This document shows, in pieces, positions 49,778-59,900 of a DNA stretch of 64,000 nucleotides. How positions within the stretch are numbered: the first letter of the stretch is position 1; each line of letters begins with the position of its first letter. The notes below the pieces were generated by a model, which saw only the letters and a list, made by a program, of their open reading frames with translations, was not told where the DNA came from and did not search any database. The translations under genes and the position numbers were made by a program. Source of the stretch: Monocercomonoides exilis PA203 (taxonomy: Eukaryota; Protista; Preaxostyla); contig LSRY02000057.1 in NCBI GenBank assembly GCA_001643675.2, forward strand, positions 434,001-498,000. The letters are read 5' to 3'.

Positions 49778-50071
49778 TCATATGATTTAAAGCTGGGGGA
49801 AATCATTACAAATACATTTCAGACAGAAAAATCCTTAATAACGCGCTTACATTCTCGCATAAATTTATTTTCATTTTTAAAGTTTTTTTTCTGAATCACC
49901 TTCAAAGAGATTTTTTAACTCATGTTTTTGAAGCATTCAGCCATTTCCTTGCAATAATTTAACCATTCACGATGCATTTATGAATATTATGAGGGAGAAA
50001 AGTCTCAAGATGAATTGATTATTTTTGTGAGAAAAATGTACACTCAAAAATATGAATGCAGATGAAAGAAA

Positions 50072-50710
50072 TTAAACAATATTGGAGTAAGTTGCACTTG
50101 ATGTTTGAGAATATGCAGCTGTTGGGGCTGGCCCTGTGCTTGGAATTTGAGAATCTGTTGTTTCGAGTGAATTGCGACTGAAAAACCCAAGAACACAACT
50201 TGCCACTTGAAATTTCCCAGAAGAGAAAGCAAAAAAGAAATGGTCAATGAAACAATTAAACGTTAATCAAAAGTCATCGCAAACGTTTGAAAACAATTCC
50301 AAAAATTGTCATAACGTTAAAGTAAGGAAACGCTCGGAGAAAAGCATTTTTATTATCTATAAAACATCAAAATAAGCATTTAGAAATTATTTAAACCAAT
50401 AAATACATACTAAATACAATCAATCGTACAATATCAACTACAACAGTAAAGGCAGATATTATAATGTAAACAAACAGTACACTTGGGGTACATTGATGTA
50501 TTACATATAATCCCAAAACTGCAATCCACGCATTGTTGTCGTCATAATAACAGAATATATTTATCATCGAGAAAAACTAATTCATAATTTTTGTTCAATG
50601 AAATAACAGTCTTCAAAAATAAGATTGCTTCAAAAACACACTATTATTCCAAGAAGAGAAATTCCAAATAATTTGACAATCAAAGGCAAATCCTTAATGG
50701 GCTGAAGCAT
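50072..50710 (-). CDS. Small multi-pass membrane protein, AGTRAP-like, 4 exons
   Basis: Three GT-AG introns give MLQPIKDLPLIVKLFGISLLGIIFFSMINIFCYYDDNNAWIAVLGLYVIHQCTPSVLFVYIIISAFTVVVDIVRLIVFNNKNAFLRAFPYFNVMTIFGIVFKLASCVLGFF...ATYSNIV*. The N...LG.Y...Q, T...DIV and M.I....K..S pattern matches AGTRAP from memory. Confidence 0.68.
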
Positions 50711-50951
50711 TTGTAATAAAAATTGATCTTATTGCATAATATATGTCAGATGAGAAAAACATTCAAACATATGATTAGTCAAAAGTGTTTTTTAATATTT
50801 GTTTCTGAAACAATACAAATGAATGCAAACATGTTCTCATTCAATCTCCCTTAATTAATTATTCATATTAATTAATTATTATTATTCTCAATTTACGTGA
50901 TAAAAAAAGGGCATCCGAAATCGTAGAGTGAAGGGTTTTTTATTTGTGACG

Positions 50952-53900
50952 ATGGACGAGAAGTTGATTGATTCAGTGCAAACAACTTGTTGCAAAAACA
51001 GAACTTATCTTCATAGTTATTTAAGACCAACTTCAATTTCAAGAACCATTTATCTTTGCCCTAATCCTTCACTTATATTTACAGAATTTGATCTACAGAA
51101 GGCTTACACTCTTTCTTTCCCTGCAATGGAAGAAAATTCAAATGATATAATTTCTTCATATTTATCATCAATAAAAAAAGAAATTTACGAAAACTATCCA
51201 TGGGCAATTAGTAGTTTTTTTTCATATATAGATGCTAAAGATCCCATGGATGCGCTAACTTTTGAGCTTCAAGACTTTACAAAATTTATGTCTCCGACTT
51301 TAACAGAATATTTATTTCGTCGCCATGTTGTTGATCGAGTTTCAAGGGTAGTAAATGACTGTTGGCCAAAAGCGCAACTTCATGTTTATGGAAGCATGAC
51401 GACTGGGCTTTACCTTCCACAAGGTGATGCAGATTTATCAATTCTTGGCCTACCAAATGGTTTACCACAATTCAGAATCCAAAATAGGAACAAAATCTTG
51501 CCACTTACTCCTCATTTATATTTTCAAGATTTGATGGGATTTGATAGAAAGAAAGAGTGTCTTTCTTCTCCTCGTCAAGTATCATTCACACAAACAATAT
51601 CATCTCTTCTTGCAACAGCTTCTTCAATCAGCAAAAATTCAAACTTTCAACCTTCATCATTGCGCAACACTTCCGCACCATTCTCACCTCCATCTTCTGC
51701 AATTTCTCCAAATCTTTCATCTTCTTCCATGGCACATTCAATATTTTCACCGATGACGAACCAACAAATGGTTGTTGCTTCACTTCTACACCTTTCACAT
51801 AATCTTTCATCGCACCCTGAAGCTAAAGACGTTGTTTGCCTGTCAAATGCGCGAGTGCCTGTTGTGAAGCACATAGACGTCACGGGAGACATTTCTGTGG
51901 ATGTGTCTGCCGGAGCGGCTGACGGCATAATCAATTCCTGGCTTGTCCGGCTGTGGGTTGTGGGGACAGAAGAAGCAGCAGAAAGTGGAAGCGAAGAAAC
52001 AGCCCCAGAGGATCAAGCACCACACGCGCCCAACGACGCTATGGAAACCAGAAACAGCCAGTTGAGCAATGAGAATGGCAATTGTCCTCTGACAGTTGCA
52101 AATCCAAAGCCAACAAGAACATTGTCGCCAATTGTGTTTGACGCAGCGCCGGTGCCGTTGGAAGGGATGGAACAGACAAACAACAAAAAAAAGGAACGCG
52201 AAAACACAGCTTCAGATGAATTGTCATTGACAACCGACACTCTGATGCCTTCCTTTGTAAATGCGGGAAATGCACAAACATTGGAGCACGAAAACACAAA
52301 CCAGAACGAGAAACAGCAGCAGAACCAGCAACAACCTCAGCCTCAGCCTCAGCCTCAGCCTCAGCCTCAGCCTCAGCTTCAGCCTCAGAAAACAACTCAA
52401 TCTTTTCAAGCAGCACAACCAGCTCTCACAGCAAATCCAACTGGCAGCAAACAAACAGCACCCGACACGAAATCCGACAGCAGCTGCGCTTCTGCCAACA
52501 ACATTCCCTTTTCCTCTGCTCTTCGGCCTCTCCTCCTCTTTCTGAAGGTCTTTCTGATATCGCAGCGCGTGTCTGAGCCGTACACAGGCGGAATGGGCAG
52601 CTATCTGCTCACTCTGCTTGTCGTCAGCCACTTTCAGATGTGGAGCAGAAACTACGGACAGGAGAGGAAGAACAGACAGGCAAAGAGACAAAGCCAGAAT
52701 CAGAGCCAGAATCAGGCTCCTTTTCAAACACAGAATACAACAAAGACCACAGAACAAGCATCGATTGATCAGCAGCCGCCATCACTTGGTGTTCTTCTCT
52801 TCACTTTCTTCCATCTGTATGCGCTGCGGTTTCCGTATCGGACACACGGAATAAGTGTGCGAGGACGAGGGTTCTACTTCACCAGAGACACGTGGCAGAG
52901 AGAGAAGGAGAAGTCGAGAGAGAAAGAGAGAGAGTGGGAGCAGTCGGTGAGGGAGATAGCAGAGATTGTGGAGTACAAAGACTCCGCTTTGCCGTTCAGG
53001 GCAGACTCGCCGTGGAGAGATGCCACAGAGCACAAGGATCTGCAGACAGAAAGAGGAAATATCTTTTCCGATGTGGCTGTTGAGCGAGAAAGAGACGGCG
53101 ATCGCGAGCGAATTGTCGAGTGGAGAGACAGAATGCAGTGCGATGGAATAAAACCACCTCCGCTGTCTGTTTTCAACAACAGGAGCGTCTTGGAGGAGAT
53201 GGCTGTTCCCTCACTTTCTCGTTCTTCTTCTTCTTCTTCCTCTTCTTCTTCGAATGATGATGAGCTTCTGTCTGAAGCTGCTCTTCCAGATAAGTCTTTT
53301 GATCCACACAGCACTTCTGAGCCTTCTGCATTTAGTCAGAAAGACCAAATGCATTCTTTTCAGTCATCAGCTTGTGATACAACAACAAATGCAGCTGTTA
53401 ATATAAATACAACACCAACAAAACAGCATAACCTAATATACCAGCAAAGCTTCACTCCAACCTCAAATCGCAGTCTATCTTCATCCCCTTCTTCATCTCC
53501 CACTCGTTCTCATCATCATTCTCGTGCTCGTTCTCCCTTCCTCTGCGTGCCATACTCCACTCTCCCTGTCTCTACGAGTGTTCTCTCAGCCGCCATCCCC
53601 CTCACCTTGTGCGTAGAAGACCCGCAACACCCTTCTGTCAACATCGGCGCCACATGCTGGAACTTCAGCGCTGTCCACAGCGCATTTGTGGCTGGCCTGT
53701 GGGCGCTGATGGCGCCGTGGGAGTTGTGGAAGAGGAAGAAAGAGTGCGAGCTACAAGATGAGTTGATAGCATCTTTACCAATTAAGGACACAAATACAGA
53801 TGTAAATACAAATAGTGTGTGTGAAGAGGTTATGATTCAAAATAGGAGAAATGCACAAAATGAGAATCAAAACAATGGAATTGATTCAGTTGTTCTTTCT

Positions 53901-56900
53901 TCATCAAAAGAAGATGATGTACCTCAACAACTCAACAATGATAATAACACTCATAACAATTCCATTTCTTCTCCTGCCAATCAAACGTCAGACAATACAC
54001 CTAAACACAATCACAGTTCAACACATTCTCAGCAACAAGTAGAATGCTGTTGCAGATTCCCTTCCTCTTCACTCGCTGGCTCATCTCAACTTCCTCCTCT
54101 TTCTCCCCCTCTTCCTTCACTCACATCGCCTCCACCTGAATTCACTGCGCTCTTGCCTCTTCCGTTGGCTTCTTCTGCTCATCCATCCACAAACACTTCA
54201 TTGCCCTTCACATCATCCCGCTCGCCTGCTGCATTCACTGCGCCCCCTGTGCCTCTTGATTCACCATTCACACGCTCCACATCATCATCCACAACACATG
54301 CCACTTCAACAACAACAACAACATCATCATCATCATTAGCATCATCTTTATCTTCTTCTTCTTCTTCTTCATTAACTTCATCACCCAACCATCATCCACC
54401 AGTCATTTCATCAAAACACCCCACCATTCTCTCTCGTCTGGCCTCTCTGACACCTGCCTTCACCCAATGGCGTTCAGAGCTGAATGGGCGAGTGTGGAAG
54501 GACATGGAGGCAGAGTGGGATGAGCTGTGCGAGACACACAGGGAGGCGCTGAGGAAAGAGATGATGGAGATGGAGAAGAAGAAGAATGCGAAGAGAGAGA
54601 AGACGAGGAGGAAGCGGATGGAGAGGAAGATGAAGCTGAGGCAGAAGGAGCTGCTGAGCTTGATAGACACACAGCAGAAGACAGCAGAAGGAGCTGTGGC
54701 ATCTTCAGACAGAGAAAACGGAGCAGCAATTAAAACAGACAAAGGGAATGACACAACAATTGAATCAAGTGCCTCTAAAGATAAATCGAGTGAACATTCA
54801 CTTGTTGTGCTGGTTGACAGAAACACACAGGAAAAGATGGCAGACGAAGAGAGCAACAACCAACAGAACTCGCGAAATAGCACACCTCTTCTGACAAAGA
54901 CAAGCCAAGTGAATGGAAATGAAGAAGAAGGAGATGACAGCGACAAAAGTGACATGTGTGATGGAGACGATGCTTCCTCGTTTTCTTCTGCTGTTTCGGG
55001 TGCGTTTTCTGTTGTCTCTTCTCGTTCTGTCACGCCCTCAGGCACACCCCGCAAAAAGAGGAGGAGAAGGAGAAGAAGCAAGAAAAGGTTGGAGCAGCTG
55101 GAAACAAACAATAAAGAGATTGTTGGAAACTTGAATTATTCTGTTGATGCAAATGAGTCAGCAAGTGTTGGAGAAGCAGGAAATGTGAGTGAATCATCCA
55201 ATTCCGTTTTCATTCAGCCACAAACACACAGCTCCAATCACACAGACATCCATTCCGAACACTCAAATGCCTCTCAAATGGAATTCTTGAGACAAAAACT
55301 GGAGCTCCTTCAAAATGCCGGCAGCGATCAAGAAAGCGTCTCTTCTTGTTCCTCCGAACATTCATCAGCTGCTCCTTCTTCATTTGCATTCACAAACAGC
55401 AAAGCAGACATTCAAACTCCGCCAAATTCGATTGTCTCTTCTGCAGAGTCATTTGAGGGCACTTCATCTGACGCTGCAGACGAAGCAAAGGATCTGAACA
55501 CAATTTCCATCCATTGCGAATCATTAACAATAACTCAGCCTTCAAAACAAACAACTTCGACAAATTCATCTTCTTCTTCACACAACATTTCATCTTCTAC
55601 ACAAGCTTTGCCTCCAGCACCTTTGTCATCATCATCATCATCATCTTCTTCTTCTTCTTCAAATTCATCTTCTTCTCTTTCCCATTCCGTTCAAAAATCA
55701 TCTTCCTCTTCATCTCGCTCGTCTTCCTCACCAAATTCTGTTCCATTTGCGCCCATTCCACGTCGTGTGCCTCCTCTCCTTCCTCCAACTGCCAATCATT
55801 CCACCTCCTTTTCCATCTCCCGCCTCGCCTCTTCTTCTCCCACACTCTCTTTCCCCTCTCAAAATGGCTCTCCTCTGATCACTCAATCACAACAGCTGTC
55901 TCCTCAGCTGCCTCCCACTTCATCCACACAGCCTCCTTCTCTCCAATCTCTCCAATCTCTTCCGTCTCTCTCTTCCTCTCCCTCTGCTGCTTCCTTTGCC
56001 CTTCCGCCTCTTCCTTCCTCTCCTTCCATCAAGCGCAGAGCAGCCTCTCCTCTCTCATCTTCCTTGCCACTTACACACAGATCGGTCTCCCCTCTACCAT
56101 CCACCTCACAACAGGCATTCCATTTGTACTCATCTCATTCATCAGCCACTGCTCCTTCTACTTCTGCCACATCGCCTTCTTCCTCTCTGCCAAACAATGC
56201 AAACAATTCTGTCTCATTTCACCAGGTTTCTGTACCTTCTCTTTCCATTTCATCGTCATCTACATCCCCTTCATCTTCATCGTCCTTCTCTTCCTCTTTC
56301 TTCCCTTCTTCTTCCTCTTCTTCTTCTTCTAACTCTCGTTCTTCATCTCCTTCTCTGCTGAGTTGCATGAGCAATGGAAGATACTCCTCCTCCCCTACTC
56401 CATCCACTGCCTCATCTTCTGGTGCTTCAATGTCCCCTCCACTAACACCCTCTTCACTGAACACGTATCAATCAGGAATGACTTCTCCTTCTTCTCCTTC
56501 GTGTATGACGCCAACTGTCTATTCTCCTTCTTTTCCTCCGCTTTCCTCTTATCTTTCGCAGCTGGCGCAGACAATTGTGGCTGATTCACACGCATTCGAC
56601 GAGGAAAATGCAGACATTTTACTTGCTGACTTCTTCGCATCCACAACACCTTCTGCACATTCGGAAGAGTTTCAACGAAAAGGAACAAAAGAAAATGGAG
56701 AAGCAGGGAAACAGAGTTGTTCACAGAACGAGAATTCTTATTTGGCAAATGACGGAGCAGCAGCAGGCATTGATTTTGGAGTGAGTCAGGGGATGAATTA
56801 TTCACAATCACCTTTCCATTTGTTTGAAGAAACGAAAAAGGCATCAAAAGGCGATGGAATGACAAATGAAGACATAATTTCGATGTCGCCTCGCTCTGCT

Positions 56901-59900
56901 TTTGTGTCTTTGCGCGCACAAACCACACAAAATAATGGAATTTCACTCCAATCAACAACAAATAACGCAACAACCAACACGTCCAAGCAATCTTCAACAG
57001 CAACAACAGCTCAAACAGCTTCATCTAATGCTTCAATGCCATCTTCTTCTTCTTCTTCTTCTTCTTCTTCTTCTTCCCAGCTATTCACATCTGTTCTCTC
57101 TGACTGTTTCCCCTTTGAACCTCTCTTTGCCCCGCGACACCGCCTCCAGTTCGATCCAAATGCTTTGGTGATCGAGTCTGAAACACAACTCTATCCCTCT
57201 TCATTCACCCCTTACTTGTTCCCCACCTTCGCTCCTATCCCCAAAATCCCCCGCCCTCTGGCCATTGAGCCAGTCACACTCACTCCAAACTCCCTCGCTC
57301 CGATCAACAGACCGCCCATCTCCTCTCCCCCGCCTCTCTTCTCACTCACCCCGAACTCCTTCAGCCCTGCTCCCACTTCCTCTCCTCCTCCTTCTTTCTC
57401 TCCTTTTGCCTTTTCTGTCTCGTCTCAGCTTCAGTCCTCACTCCACCAGTGGCAGCTGGCTCTTCCTCGCCGGCCGTTCTCTTTTGCTGCACAAAGACTC
57501 GTCTCCCACCCGTTTTTTGCACCCGTTTTGGAGTCGCTCATTTCATCGGCTTATTCACGCTCATCAGGTGCCAAAGGGGATGCGATGAATTCTTCACAGC
57601 AGAATATTTCATCATCTCGCAATGCTGATGCACAAACATCAAACCAAATACAAACCCAAACACAAAACATTCCATCATCATCATCATCTTCGTCATCATC
57701 AATATCTTCTTCATCTCTGCAACAAACTATTCCGAAATCTGAGAAAACAATCGATTCTCCAAATGACTCCACTTCACACCCAGCAATCGCCTCTTCCCCT
57801 CTTCCCATCTTTTCACCCACAACCATCGTGAAACCGCTTCCCATCACTCTCAATCCAACAACCCCGCCTTTCCAGCCAAGAGGGCGTCTTCCAGTTGCCA
57901 GCACACCTTCCCTTCTCTCCTCTTCCTCTGCCGCTCCTTCATCCAGTTCCCCTCCAGCTGTTGATCCTTCCTTCAGCCCATTCATCTCTCAGTCATTTCC
58001 TGACCCAGTGAAATCACCTCCAACTTCACGCAGCGCTTCCTTAACTTCTCAGACGATCAATCAACCACCAACAAAACAGCCGCCGCTTCTGCTTACAGTT
58101 ACTCAGTTCCCATCAGTTTCGCACATCACTGTATCCAATAGACAATCTTCTCCTGCTGCTTCTTCTTCTCCTTCGTTTTCTTCATCATCTTCTTCGTCAT
58201 CTGCTGTTTCCCCTTCTCCCTCTCCAGTTTCTTCTCCTTCCAGAAATTCCTCAAAGAACTTAATAAAAAAACAAGCATCAAACAGCTCACAATACTCTTC
58301 AACATCGCAAGCACTTTCTTTTCAGCTGTTGGATCCGTCTCCTCCACCCTCACCTCTTTCCATGCTGTCATCGCAATCTTCAAATACACCTACAAAAACT
58401 GCTGCTTCAGCTGGCCATTCAAAGCTTGCACAACAAACTGAGCAACATTCAAACACGAGTGCCTCTTCTTCTTCCGTGTCTGCTTCTCAGTCTTCAAATT
58501 CTACTTCATATTCTTCAATAGCAGCTTCTTCAACTGTTTCAACAACAAATAAAAAAGCTTCAAACAACCAACCAGAAACTGTTTCTGTACCAAAAGTTGT
58601 GAAGACATTGTCTGCAGAAAGTGTTCCATTTGTGCCTGGAAGCAAAAAATTATCTTCGATTATTGCTTCTTCACAGGCACAAAGCAATTCTTCAGAGACA
58701 TTGCCAGCATCGTCTTCTTCTGCCTCTTCCTCGACTCAGCCAGCAGCATCAGCACAACCCGGCTCAAAGACGGTTTATCAAACAGCTCGCAAGTTGGATG
58801 TGAATGGAGCAGCGCTTGCTCCTCTCCTGCCAACACCGACTCCAAAATTCCAAGTGAAACTTGGTGCCAACAGAACAGCTTCAGTCACAACTTCGTTTTC
58901 TTCACCAAACAATTCATCATCTTTGCCATCTGCTCAATCAGATGCTGTTGCTTCTTCTGAATCAAATGGTAACTATCCCTCATCTCTTGCTTCTTCTTCT
59001 CCTCCTCCTTCTGAAATTTCTTCTACCAATTCAGCAACTTCTTCTGAAGAAGGAGGAGAAGCAATCAATGTATCTTCGCAAACATATACAACAAATGAAA
59101 ACGAGAAGGATATAAAAAACACAGAAGAAAAACAGAACATTTTAGATTCAAAAATACAATCTGACAATTCTCAAATCACAGTTCCAGAAGATTCTTCATC
59201 TTCAATGCTCTCAGCTGCTCCGTCTGTTTCAACAGCCATCGCAGGAAAGGTAGCAGGAAATGCACATCTTCCGCTTTCTGAGCACCACATCCATCATTCA
59301 CTCACACCAAATTCGCTTGCACCGATTCCTCCTGATGAATATGAGGACAACGCAGAGGCGGAGAAAGAAGAGAGCGACAAGCAGTCGTCGAATGAAGCAC
59401 TTTCTGCAGATTCTCCGCTCGAATACGACATAGAAAGCGACGATTACGACACGGATGACGATGATCTCAGCTTTGTTGTGGAAGAAAAAGGAGAAATGCT
59501 GAAGGAGATGTTTGATGAGCCCGAAAGCGACAACTCGCCTTCGCCAGGCAGTCAGCAGCTGCGACATTTGCAGCGGAAGGATGTGCGGTCGACTTCACCA
59601 ACACTTTCACTGACACTTTCTTTGTCTGACTCGTCACCGCCATCTTCGCCGATTCCTGCTGATTTGTCGAATCTTGAGCTTTCTTCAACCATCTCTCAAT
59701 CCCATTCTCGTCACAGGCGCCATCAGCAGTCGCTGACAAACTCGCCAAACACTTCCTCTCCATCCTCTTTCTCTTTCACACCTCCACTTTCTTCTCCAAA
59801 CAAGAAACAGACATCAACTGCATCAGATGTACAGACCACTCTTTTAAGTGATGAAGCTCTTTTGTTTGACCTATTTGACGAAGCCGACGAGATCACTTGG

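Noticed and set aside
50428-50482. Possible extra 45-nt GT-AG intron in the AGTRAP-like gene
   Set aside because: It is in frame, stop-free and encodes the TM helix leading to the conserved DIV motif, so it is treated as coding.
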